NCBI GenBank assembly: GCA_038064975.1
Contig: JBBTRX010000007.1
Coordinates: 59,026-123,025 of the forward strand
Source: Patescibacteria group bacterium
Lineage (GTDB): Bacteria; Patescibacteriota; Minisyncoccia; UBA6257; 1-14-0-10-40-38
Direction: 5' to 3'
DNA length: 64,000 nucleotides
Positions 49,304 to 58,464 of this stretch are shown piece by piece. Numbering within the stretch: the first letter of the stretch is position 1; each line of letters begins with the position of its first letter. The notes under the pieces were generated by a model that was not told the origin of the DNA, did no database searches, and worked only from the letters and a program-made list of their open reading frames with translations. The position numbers and the translations under genes are program-made.

Positions 49304-49482
49304 AACAATAAACAATAAGAAATGGATAATGAAGAAGCTAAAATCTAGAAAATAGTAAGTAGAATTTGGAAATGCAATAGAAGTTACAATGTATTGTAAA
49401 TTCCCTTTCCTTATTTTTGAGATTTGATTTTTGAGATTTTAATTGTTCTAGCCCCTATTCCCTAACCTCTATACCCTAATTT
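49304..49482. repeat. Cluster of four degenerate heptamer arrays
   Basis: aacaata/gataatg; tagaaaa/tagtaag; ttgagat/ttgattt; ctaNNNN x5. Confidence 0.8.
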
Positions 49483-49701
49483 CTACGCCGAACCCATCTT
49501 TTTTGCGCGCTCAAATTCTTTCTTCTTCGCATCCCGATGAATCGCGGAGAGTCGGCGTTTAATACGGCTCTTCGGACGGGAACGAAAACGACGCTTGCGC
49601 GCCTCTCGCAAAACTCCACTCTGTTTTGTCCGCTTCGTAAAGCGGAAGATAAGAGCATTAGGAGATTCGCCTTCGCGTTTTTTTACTTGTATTCTGCTCA
49701 T
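49483..49701 (-). CDS. rpsU: 30S ribosomal protein bS21
   Basis: IQVKKREGESPNALIFRFTKR..QSGVLREARKRRF; next to yqeY. Confidence 0.85.
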   Translation of the reverse strand: MSRIQVKKREGESPNALIFRFTKRTKQSGVLREARKRRFRSRPKSRIKRRLSAIHRDAKKKEFERAKKMGSA

Positions 49702-49704
49702 AAA

Positions 49705-50106
49705 TTATCGTAATTCTTTAGCTAAATTTTTGATCGACTTCTCTGGAGGATTATTAACAACGGAATGCAGCGAACCTCCTCCATCGTTCGCATACCGTGG
49801 AATAACATGCACGTGGACATGATCAACCGCCTGCCCCGCAACTTTGCCATGGTTAATGCCTATAGTAAATCCATGTGGATGTAAGCGGCGATCCAATATC
49901 TCTGTGACATTCTTTACTGCAAGAAAGAGCGGCTTAATAGCTTCGTCCCCAAGGTCTATAATATTTTCTGCATGAACCTTAGGGATAATAACGCTATGCC
50001 CAAGCGACCGCGGATGGATATCTAAAAAAGCAACTACCGCATCATTTTCATAGAAAATCTCTGCGGGAATGGCTTTTTGAGCTATATTGCAGAATAAACA
50101 ATTCAT
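49705..50106 (-). CDS. HIT family protein
   Basis: CLFC and HVHVHVIPR. Confidence 0.93.
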   Translation of the reverse strand: MNCLFCNIAQKAIPAEIFYENDAVVAFLDIHPRSLGHSVIIPKVHAENIIDLGDEAIKPLFLAVKNVTEILDRRLHPHGFTIGINHGKVAGQAVDHVHVHVIPRYANDGGGSLHSVVNNPPEKSIKNLAKELR

Positions 50107-50115
50107 CGCCTTTTT

Positions 50116-51417
50116 TCAAGCGTCTACCTCTTTCAGCTTCTTTTTCACGCTTTCGGCGAGTTTTGCGAGAGGAATTGTTTCCTGAGCTCCCGTCTTCAGA
50201 TCCCGAATAATAATACTCTCCTCAAATGCCTCTTTTTGCCCGAAAATTAAGGCGAGCGGAGAACCAAGTTTGTCCGCAACCCTCAGTTGGGCGTTTAATG
50301 ACTCCTTTCCTAAAGATTCGGCAACATCAATATGATTTCTCCTCATTTCCTCAATGAGCAGTAAACTTCTCTTTTTTGCTAAATCACCGATGTAAATCAA
50401 GAATATTTTTGGTTTTTCCCGAAGGCCAAGATTGATTTCCTGCAATCGAATCACATCAATAATACGCTCCATGCCTGCCGCAAAGCCGACTGCAGGAACA
50501 TTCTTTCCTCCTAGGAGTTCAACGAGATAATCATACCGACCACCGCCTCCCAAAGCTTGTCCGTACCCCTCCACGACAATTTCAAAAACAGTACGGGAAT
50601 AATAATCTAATCCTCGTACGAGACGATGATCAAGAGCATACGGCAATTTTAATTCCTCCAAGTAATCCAATACAGATTTAAAGTGATTTCTACACGACGT
50701 ACAAAGCTCATCAACGATAATCGGAGCATCGGCTTTGAGCGGAGCACATTGTTCTTCTTTGCAATCTAGGAGGCGAAGTGGATTCGTTTCTAGTCGGCGG
50801 AGACAATCTTTGCAGAGCTGACTTTTTTTCTGCTTGTAGTATGTCTGCAGTTTTCTGCGATATCCAGGACGGCAATTTTTGCATCCGATACTGTTTACCT
50901 TAATAGTAATATTTTTTATTTTAAGCGATTCAAGAAGACGCGTGAAAACGAGCATGAGTTGGGCGTCATAAATCGGATCTGATTCATTGCTCAAAATTTC
51001 AAAATTCAGCTGGTGAAACTCGCGGTACCGCCCTGCTTGCGGCTGTTCATACCGAAACATCGGACCTTCCAAATAAAGTTTAAGAGGGCTTCCTAGCTGA
51101 CTCATGCCATTTTCAATGAACGCGCGAGCGATGCCCGCTGTAGCTTCCGGACGGAGCGCAAGCTTTTCATTACCTTTTGCAACAATCGTGAACATTTGTT
51201 TCTCAATTACATCCGTCCCTTCTCCTACGGATCGCTCAAAGAGCTCCATGCGTTCCAGGAGTGGAATTTCAATGGGGCTGAAATTATAAAACTCCGCGAT
51301 ATCTCGTGCGTTCTTTTTAATCTTCTCCCAGATTGGCTGTTCGTGCGGAAGAATATCATGCATCCCCTTTGGGCGCTGAACAGGCTGTATTTTTTGAGTT
51401 TTTGGTTTTGTAGGCAT
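50116..51417 (-). CDS. hisS: Histidine--tRNA ligase
   Basis: LRPEAT, FRYEQPQAGRYREF, RGLDYY and GGGRYD. Confidence 0.96.
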   Translation of the reverse strand: MPTKPKTQKIQPVQRPKGMHDILPHEQPIWEKIKKNARDIAEFYNFSPIEIPLLERMELFERSVGEGTDVIEKQMFTIVAKGNEKLALRPEATAGIARAFIENGMSQLGSPLKLYLEGPMFRYEQPQAGRYREFHQLNFEILSNESDPIYDAQLMLVFTRLLESLKIKNITIKVNSIGCKNCRPGYRRKLQTYYKQKKSQLCKDCLRRLETNPLRLLDCKEEQCAPLKADAPIIVDELCTSCRNHFKSVLDYLEELKLPYALDHRLVRGLDYYSRTVFEIVVEGYGQALGGGGRYDYLVELLGGKNVPAVGFAAGMERIIDVIRLQEINLGLREKPKIFLIYIGDLAKKRSLLLIEEMRRNHIDVAESLGKESLNAQLRVADKLGSPLALIFGQKEAFEESIIIRDLKTGAQETIPLAKLAESVKKKLKEVDA

Positions 51418-51978
51418 TTACTTAACGGGATACGACGGAGCTTCAAAAACATCAAACTGGCTAAAGGGGAAGATTCTAATTCTTGCGATACCGATAATAT
51501 CTTCACGATCTACAGCTCCCCAATTCCGAGAGTCAAAACTATGGGCACGATTGTCCCCCATAGCAAAATACTGATTTGCGTGAAGCGTAATATCAAAATT
51601 GCCGTTTTCGGAGTCATCGCTGGGCAGATACGGCTCGTTAAGCGTGATCGTTTGATTATCACTTATGATCTGGATTGAACCGTTGCGAGAAACAACGCGC
51701 TCTCCGGGAATGCCAATGATGCGTTTAATAAAAAAGACTTCCTTATCAAGAGGATAGCGAAACACGATTATTTCACCCCGTTTCGGCTCACGAAGATGAT
51801 ACGTTATTTCATCCACTAGCAAATAATTCCCGTTTGAAAAATTGGGCTCCATAGACGCTCCAGATACCAAAAAGGGCTGTACTAAGAACGTTCTAATAAC
51901 AAAGACTGTTATGCTTGCCACAAAAATGACCTCAAGCACCTCCCATGCGGATAGGACAATTTGTTTCAGCTTTTTCAT
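51418..51978 (-). CDS. lepB: Signal peptidase I
   Basis: GASMEP, IKRIIG and GDNRAHSFDSR. Confidence 0.95.
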   Translation of the reverse strand: MKKLKQIVLSAWEVLEVIFVASITVFVIRTFLVQPFLVSGASMEPNFSNGNYLLVDEITYHLREPKRGEIIVFRYPLDKEVFFIKRIIGIPGERVVSRNGSIQIISDNQTITLNEPYLPSDDSENGNFDITLHANQYFAMGDNRAHSFDSRNWGAVDREDIIGIARIRIFPFSQFDVFEAPSYPVK

Positions 51979-52042
51979 GGTATGGTAAAAGGAATAAAAC
52001 TACAGATTAGGAGTATTCTACTATAATAAAGAGCATAAAGCA

Positions 52043-52573
52043 ATGGGAATTAAACTCATAATAAGCATTGGAAATCCGGGAAAAGAGTACGAACGGTCGT
52101 ATCATAACGCGGGCCACATTGCACTCCGCATTTTGAAAGAAAAAGTCGGTTCAACGGTCCCCCTCCTTGCCTCTTCAGAATTTATGAACCGATCTGGGTC
52201 TTTTGTAGGGCGAGAAGCGCGGCAGAAGGGTGTAAAAGCACAACAAATTCTCATCCTCCACGACGATAGCGACCTTCCCCTAGGAACCGCAAAGCTTGAT
52301 TTTAATCGGGGTGCCGGAGGGCATAATGGAGTCGCAGATATTATTGCGACGCTTCAAACCCAAGAATTTTATCGCCTTCGCATCGGAGTACGCAAAAAAA
52401 CATGGTTCTGGTCCAGACGCAAAAAAGCGGGAGAATTTGTTCTAAAACAGATGCCAAAGAAAGACGAGGAGATGTTGCGAGATAGTATTGAATCCAATAT
52501 AGAAAAAATCACTCGTCTTCTTTCGCAGTCAAACTCACCCCAAACGAATACGTTCCATCAGGATTCGCTTTAA
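52043..52573 (+). CDS. pth: Peptidyl-tRNA hydrolase
   Basis: GNPG, HNAG, HDDSD and GGHNG. Confidence 0.93.
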   Translation: MGIKLIISIGNPGKEYERSYHNAGHIALRILKEKVGSTVPLLASSEFMNRSGSFVGREARQKGVKAQQILILHDDSDLPLGTAKLDFNRGAGGHNGVADIIATLQTQEFYRLRIGVRKKTWFWSRRKKAGEFVLKQMPKKDEEMLRDSIESNIEKITRLLSQSNSPQTNTFHQDSL

Positions 52574-54017
52574 TATTAGCTAAAGGAAGAAGAACCTCGC
52601 TGAAAATACCGCTTTTCTCCAATCGTTCTTTGAACGCAATAACCTCTGGTTCGCTTTTTGTAAATCCGTTTATGAGTAAATCTTTTCCCTCCACGGAAAC
52701 TCTAATCAAGGCCACTCCCTGACTAAGAGTAAGAATATTATTCAAAGACTCCGAAACAGATACCGCTTCATTATTTGCATTTTCAATTCGCGAAGCAAAA
52801 GAATTAAATTCTTTTGCTTCTGCTTGAAGTCGTACTATTTCAGCTTTATCCGCAGGATTTCCATCTAGTATATTTTTTTTAACATCGTTTAATTTTTGAA
52901 TAATAAAAGCATCCCCAATGCCAAAAAATAATGTGAGGATCGCAAATGTAGCAACAGCAACGCTTCTCCATGCGTGAATAAATGCAATAACACGCGTTTC
53001 TTCATAACGCTCACGGACAGAGTGATCAGCAAGACTAAGGAAGGAATCCTCATTGCGAGGCATAGTGCCTCGCAAAGCAGACCCCAAGAGAGGAAGCCAT
53101 GCATGAGGAATGCCCTGAAACGCTGGGAGTGTAAGGGCTTCTACAGGAACACCAAACGTATCTTTGAGTCCATCAATTATTTTCCCCGTCATCTCATCAG
53201 CGGCAACGAAGAGGGAATCTACGGGTTTACCCCATCTGCTTTGATAGAAATTCAAAACCTTTTGAGCTTCGCTTGCAATGAACGCTTGAAAATCGTTTTG
53301 AGAAAGATCTTTTCCTCCATACTCTTCGCGGAGCGTGAGCCAACTATGGGATTGGCTAAAATAGAGATTTCCCTTTTGAGCAATGAGAAACAGTACCCCT
53401 TCTCCCGAAACATGAATAATACATAATGATTGCCGAGGGTCGTCTTTAGGAAGCCCTTCACTTATTGAGCGAGCAAGAGCAAGACCGGGAAACTCAACTG
53501 CCGTCGCAATAAACCCTGCTTCTTCCGCGGTTTTTGTATATGCATCAACAAATTCTCGTTCTGCGACCGCTCCTAAAAGATCTACTTGTGCGGTTCCTAA
53601 AAATCGCTCACCTATCTTCTGCCAACCGGAATATACGTGAGAGAAATCTGTCGGAGAGAGCATTTGCAGATTCAGTAGCGCCGACTCTTCCATCTTTGAT
53701 TCTTCTAAAAACGGCATGGAGAATGGCTGAGTGTATACAATTTCTTCCGGAAGGAGAAGAATAATATTTTGCATTGCACGTCCGCCTCCAATTTGGCTAC
53801 GGAATTTTTTTAATGCCGCGACAAGCTTAGCAGAATCCTTAACCTTCCCCTTCTCAATAATCCCTGGAGGCAAGCGGAGTGCGGAAGTAGTCGGTTTTTT
53901 AACGCCCGGTTGCATTAAGAGAAACCGAATGCCTGCATCAGAAAAAGCCAATCCTCCGATTTCCGGGGCTGGGTTAATCATTTTTTGTACTCTAGAAAGA
54001 AATAGATTACCTCTCAT
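52509..54017 (-). CDS. PilM/PilN-like fusion (type IV pilus alignment complex)
   Basis: Actin-like N-terminus (LPPGIIEKGKV), then TM helix and PilN-like C-terminus; pilus operon context. Confidence 0.7.
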   Translation of the reverse strand: MRGNLFLSRVQKMINPAPEIGGLAFSDAGIRFLLMQPGVKKPTTSALRLPPGIIEKGKVKDSAKLVAALKKFRSQIGGGRAMQNIILLLPEEIVYTQPFSMPFLEESKMEESALLNLQMLSPTDFSHVYSGWQKIGERFLGTAQVDLLGAVAEREFVDAYTKTAEEAGFIATAVEFPGLALARSISEGLPKDDPRQSLCIIHVSGEGVLFLIAQKGNLYFSQSHSWLTLREEYGGKDLSQNDFQAFIASEAQKVLNFYQSRWGKPVDSLFVAADEMTGKIIDGLKDTFGVPVEALTLPAFQGIPHAWLPLLGSALRGTMPRNEDSFLSLADHSVRERYEETRVIAFIHAWRSVAVATFAILTLFFGIGDAFIIQKLNDVKKNILDGNPADKAEIVRLQAEAKEFNSFASRIENANNEAVSVSESLNNILTLSQGVALIRVSVEGKDLLINGFTKSEPEVIAFKERLEKSGIFSEVLLPLANIKANPDGTYSFGVSLTAKEDE

Positions 54018-54496
54018 AGCGATATTTCATAAATTGCAACCGGCCGAACTTCTCCCGTATGAGGGTCAACATCAAGCGTAGCACGCAAACGACGGCGTTT
54101 TGTAAGCGCTTGCCCATCAGAAACTATTTCTCTTTTACCAACGCTGATAGCGCACGATGGAGATCCATTGCATATTACCGTGTTATTGCATGAGGCATCA
54201 CTATCATCACAAATTTCAATCGTCGCCCCAGAAGGAATAGTATAAGGGTCATCGTCGCTATATTGATTACGAATGACTCGTAATATCGCATCCTGAATAC
54301 CAGACTCTGCATCCGCGTATGCCTGTGCTGAAAGCCGAAAACCATAATTTGTATTATTCGCAATGAATACAATAAACATGCCCACAAGCGCGATATCAAC
54401 AATGATCGCCCCAATAAGAAGGATTGCGCTCAACGACGCAACTCCCTGCTTGTCAGATTTGAGATTTAATATTTGATTTTTGATATTGAAACTCAT
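54014..54496 (-). CDS. Minor pilin, PilX-like
   Basis: KQG|VASL hydrophobic helix; AESGIQDA. Confidence 0.7.
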   Translation of the reverse strand: MSFNIKNQILNLKSDKQGVASLSAILLIGAIIVDIALVGMFIVFIANNTNYGFRLSAQAYADAESGIQDAILRVIRNQYSDDDPYTIPSGATIEICDDSDASCNNTVICNGSPSCAISVGKREIVSDGQALTKRRRLRATLDVDPHTGEVRPVAIYEISL

Positions 54497-55509
54497 TTAC
54501 TCCAATTAATAATAACATCTTCCACTATAGGACCTGCGGAGGGAGTGCAGGTTGGAATATTACATGGCGTGAAATTAAGCCGATATTTGAAATAACGAAT
54601 ATTAGAATGAGCAATAAGACTGGTTGTTGCATAAGGAGCGATAGCTCCCAAACCAATAGACTGAAAAGCCCATCCAAGCGTAGTACAATTCGGTGGTACA
54701 TCTCCCACATCAGCACAATCCGTTGCTATCTGAGCAGTAATTTGAGCAGGAGCGCTTGGTAATGCTCCGTGCCATACAAATGTATTTAGTTGTGATCCGC
54801 ATAATACGCCCGGCGCAAGATTGGGGCACGTATCAAAAACACTTGATTCTAAAATCGCTGTGGGCAGTGTAGGAGGAATAGGAGACCATGTCGTTTTTAC
54901 TTTATAGTCTACCGTCGCACAAGTATCTATTGGATTAGAACAATTAAAACTAATCCAACCTACAATATCGTTCCATGCCCAGCCACTAAACTCCCCTTCT
55001 GCTGGAGAAGAACTATCAACATTAATAACTACTTGATATGTTGGCGATACCGGACAATTCCACGACAACGTTCCGGGATTCCAAACCGACCCCCCGCTCG
55101 CATTCCCGCAAAAACTAATCCAGCCAATACTATCGTTCCATGCCCAACCTGCAAGATTTGAAATTCCTGTTATTGCATAGTTCGTAAAATCGTTTGAAAC
55201 GAAAAAATTTGATGTCCCACAGATATTTATAGTATTCGGATTTGCATTATCACAATTCAAAGCAATGAATCCAACCGAAGAGCTCGCATATCCACGAAGT
55301 TCAATGTCAGTCACTTCAACATTCGAATTATCTGTATATACAAAATCAATCCATCCAATCACATCATTCCACGCCCAATGATTTGGTTCTGCAATATCGA
55401 TGTTTGGAGTCGTCGGACCGATTCCAGCCATTACTTGTAAAGTAAAAAATCCTGTTATAAAAACAACAGCAAAGAACAAACCTACTATAATATTGATTCG
55501 TAATTTCAT
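54493..55509 (-). CDS. Pilus-associated secreted protein with GWAWNDxxGWI repeats
   Basis: Repeated WAWND(V/S/I)(I/V)GWI; Cys-rich. Confidence 0.75.
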   Translation of the reverse strand: MKLRINIIVGLFFAVVFITGFFTLQVMAGIGPTTPNIDIAEPNHWAWNDVIGWIDFVYTDNSNVEVTDIELRGYASSSVGFIALNCDNANPNTINICGTSNFFVSNDFTNYAITGISNLAGWAWNDSIGWISFCGNASGGSVWNPGTLSWNCPVSPTYQVVINVDSSSPAEGEFSGWAWNDIVGWISFNCSNPIDTCATVDYKVKTTWSPIPPTLPTAILESSVFDTCPNLAPGVLCGSQLNTFVWHGALPSAPAQITAQIATDCADVGDVPPNCTTLGWAFQSIGLGAIAPYATTSLIAHSNIRYFKYRLNFTPCNIPTCTPSAGPIVEDVIINWSK

Positions 55510-55510
55510 G

Positions 55511-56200
55511 TTATGGCTCAAGAATCTGTACCGCTCCTGGAGTCGTTTCATGATCTATCTCATCCGACTCCGCCATATCATAAACTGAGATAGAGCTCGT
55601 TGCGGAATACGACACACTCACTCCATTCCCCCCACTCCAATCTGTCTGGCGCATCACCACATTATTATGCCTTGTGAGATATTTACTAAACTGCACCTGC
55701 CCTCCATCCGGCCATGAAACAGTTACGATAACGCGCTGTGTTGAAGGATCTTCGTTGAGAGAGTTGAACGTCGTCTCGATATTGTCCTGAGGGTCTCTTG
55801 ATACATTTTGTTTCTGAAAAAAACGCGTATATACAATACCATCGCTACCTGTTACCGATTCTGTCCCTGATCTCCATATAAATGGAGCCGTGGGGGCTGT
55901 TTTCCTCAAATAATAATCCTCATCTTCAGTTAGATTATAAAGACCCTGATTTAAGCCAGTCCCTTCACAAGGAGCGCTTACACAATACCACTTGGTTTGA
56001 GCATAGATCGTAAGACCCTCTAAAAGTTCCTGACCTAGAAATGTCGCGCTTTGGAGATATTTATTTTGCTGGCTAATACGAAGCGTTACGGTAAGCACAA
56101 GCACTGCGGACCCAATAATAATAATGCCAACCGTAATACCAATTAAGATCTCTATTAAAGATTGGCCTTTTCTGCTATTGAGCAAGCGTAATTGTTCCAT
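55511..56200 (-). CDS. Minor pilin, PilV-like
   Basis: KG|QSLIEILIG prepilin motif. Confidence 0.8.
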   Translation of the reverse strand: MEQLRLLNSRKGQSLIEILIGITVGIIIIGSAVLVLTVTLRISQQNKYLQSATFLGQELLEGLTIYAQTKWYCVSAPCEGTGLNQGLYNLTEDEDYYLRKTAPTAPFIWRSGTESVTGSDGIVYTRFFQKQNVSRDPQDNIETTFNSLNEDPSTQRVIVTVSWPDGGQVQFSKYLTRHNNVVMRQTDWSGGNGVSVSYSATSSISVYDMAESDEIDHETTPGAVQILEP

Positions 56201-56687
56201 TAGCACTTATAGTTATAGTTTTTGTTTCCGCTCCGGAAATGATACCAAGCACAACACTCTGGGGAGTACCACCAGGAGAACCTTTTAAGGTAGAAAATGC
56301 TATATCCTGAATACTTCTATCGACTAACCCTACCCAATAAATATCATTCTTTAATTTATATACTTCTCGAACCAGAGCAGCAGGAGCAGCAGATCCAGGA
56401 GGAGGATATATAGTGCTCGTAAGCGTAGAGCTTGAGGCATATACAAGCTTCATTATGTCGCCAGTTACGAGTTTCTCAAGACGCACACCCCACATACTAC
56501 CGTTTTCTTGAGTGATAGAACGTTGCTGTGCGTCACGGAGAAACGACTCAACTCGTTTTGCATCAGAATCAAGATTCTGAACTACTCTCTGACGAATTAC
56601 ACCGAATGTGGTAAATCCAAAAATAACACTACCAATTGCAATCGTTATCATAAGTTCTATGAGCGTAAATCCTCGGTTATTCTTCAT
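56175..56687 (-). CDS. Minor pilin, FimT/GspH-like
   Basis: RG|FTLIELMI. Confidence 0.85.
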   Translation of the reverse strand: MKNNRGFTLIELMITIAIGSVIFGFTTFGVIRQRVVQNLDSDAKRVESFLRDAQQRSITQENGSMWGVRLEKLVTGDIMKLVYASSSTLTSTIYPPPGSAAPAALVREVYKLKNDIYWVGLVDRSIQDIAFSTLKGSPGGTPQSVVLGIISGAETKTITISANGTITLAQ

Positions 56688-56816
56688 AGTAGAAAGAAGT
56701 AAGTATAAAGCATAAAGTGAACAGAAAAAATCATTAATGAATTAAAGTCTATTGTTTTTTTAATTTTGCATTGTCACTTTCATCTTTGAGATTTTATTTT
56801 TGAGATTTGATTTTCT

Positions 56817-58013
56817 TTAGAACTGCCCTACAAGCTGATAAATAGGGACGATAATAGAGAGCGCGATCATCGCAACGACAAGACCGATAACTATAAGAAG
56901 TGCTGGCTCAATAAAAGCCACGAGAGTCTTCACTGATTCGTCAATTTCTTTTTCATAGAAATCGCTCAACGTTTGCAAAATATCATCAAGATGCCCCGCT
57001 TTCTCTGAAATGGCGATGAGGTTAGTCACAATAAGTGGGAGTGTCGTTTCTTTCTTAAACGCCTCTCCCAGAGTAATACCACGAGATACTCCTTCGCGAG
57101 CAACGCGCTGGAGGGACTTCTCTAACCGATCATCGCCCACTGCACTCGCCGTTGTTTCTAGCGCCTCAAGAATGGGGAGTCCTGATTTCAAGAGCGCAGA
57201 AAGTGTGCCTGCAAATCGCTGAAGAGCCAGCTTTTGAGTAACATTTTTAACAAGAGGGGTTTTACGCAGAAACATTCGAAAAACCCGTTTCCCTGTATTT
57301 GTTCTAAAAAAGAAAAATCCGATAGTGATCAACGCCACGCCAGATCCTAGAAAAATCCAAACATATTTCCCAACAAAAAGACCGACTCCAAAAACGATGC
57401 GCGAGAAGATAGGCGGTTCTACACCCCCACCAGAAAAGACATCCGCAATTTTTGGCAACGCAAATGTAACTAAAAAAGTAAGAATGCCGATTGCCATAAC
57501 AACAAGTATGACGGGGTAAATAAAAGCGGCTTTCAGTTTACCCTGCAACTCACCCTCTTTTTCCAGAGATTTATTTAAATCATCCAGAGTTCTATCAAGA
57601 CCGCCGGAGGATTCTCCCGCCTTCAAGAGACTTACGAATACCGGAGAGAAATACTGCGGATATTGTGCGAAGGTTGCATGGAACGGTTTTCCCCGTTCAA
57701 GACCGCTCCTGATTTCAAGCAAGAGATTTTTAACTCCGGGCTTATTAAAATCTTCAATCAAAATATCAATTGCTTTAAAAAGATCAGTACCTACTCGCAA
57801 CATCAATCCAAGATACTTAGTAAGAAATATTTTGTCCGTGAGAGTTATTTTTCCACCACTCTTCTTGTTACCTATCGCCTCAAACGTATGAACCGAAATA
57901 GGACGAAGACCTTTACTCCCTAGAAATTGAAGCACCTGACTTTGATTGTCGGCGTCAATACTTCCTTCCACTATTTTTCCGTCCGGTTGATATGCACTGT
58001 AGCGAAATCGCAT
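56817..58013 (-). CDS. pilC: Type IV pilus platform protein PilC/GspF
   Basis: GESSGGL, AFIYP, SEKAGHL and IEP. Confidence 0.93.
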   Translation of the reverse strand: MRFRYSAYQPDGKIVEGSIDADNQSQVLQFLGSKGLRPISVHTFEAIGNKKSGGKITLTDKIFLTKYLGLMLRVGTDLFKAIDILIEDFNKPGVKNLLLEIRSGLERGKPFHATFAQYPQYFSPVFVSLLKAGESSGGLDRTLDDLNKSLEKEGELQGKLKAAFIYPVILVVMAIGILTFLVTFALPKIADVFSGGGVEPPIFSRIVFGVGLFVGKYVWIFLGSGVALITIGFFFFRTNTGKRVFRMFLRKTPLVKNVTQKLALQRFAGTLSALLKSGLPILEALETTASAVGDDRLEKSLQRVAREGVSRGITLGEAFKKETTLPLIVTNLIAISEKAGHLDDILQTLSDFYEKEIDESVKTLVAFIEPALLIVIGLVVAMIALSIIVPIYQLVGQF

Positions 58014-58066
58014 GCATTAATTAACTATAAACAATGGATAATGGACAATAAACGATGATGGATAAT

Positions 58067-58429
58067 CTACAGACTCTTTGCTCTTTTTTTTAATCCTCCC
58101 ATCTGCCTTGAGACGCTGTTCAGTTGTTCTACTATTCCAGCAAATTCCTGTTCGGTTATAAGTTTATTATAACGGAAAATATCAACTCCAGCTAATGTTT
58201 CATAGAGAGACCCTTGAGCTATATCAATAAAACGACAAAATTCTTTATGTGAGCTTCTACCGCTTCCTTCGGCAATATTTAATGTTATGGAAAAAGCAGA
58301 TCTAATTAGTTGATTGCCAAGTATAAAACGATATTCTTGGGGCAATTCTTTTACTATTCGCAATATTACAAGAGATAATTCTCGCGATTCTTGATATACC
58401 GGCCATTTAAGAAAGCCGAACTTCTCCAT
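58067..58429 (-). CDS. Four-helix-bundle protein (IVS-protein/Avd-like family)
   Basis: LPQEYRF.LGNQLIRSAFSITLNIAEG...F..IAQGSLYE. Confidence 0.9.
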   Translation of the reverse strand: MEKFGFLKWPVYQESRELSLVILRIVKELPQEYRFILGNQLIRSAFSITLNIAEGSGRSSHKEFCRFIDIAQGSLYETLAGVDIFRYNKLITEQEFAGIVEQLNSVSRQMGGLKKRAKSL

Positions 58430-58464
58430 TGTTCATTATTTATTATCTATTGTTTATTATTTTT

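Noticed and set aside
49304-49482. CRISPR array
   Set aside because: Units are degenerate 7-mers without unique spacers; no cas genes
52509-52573. 65-bp convergent overlap of pth and the pilM-like gene
   Set aside because: Short tail overlaps are common in compact genomes; no sign of function
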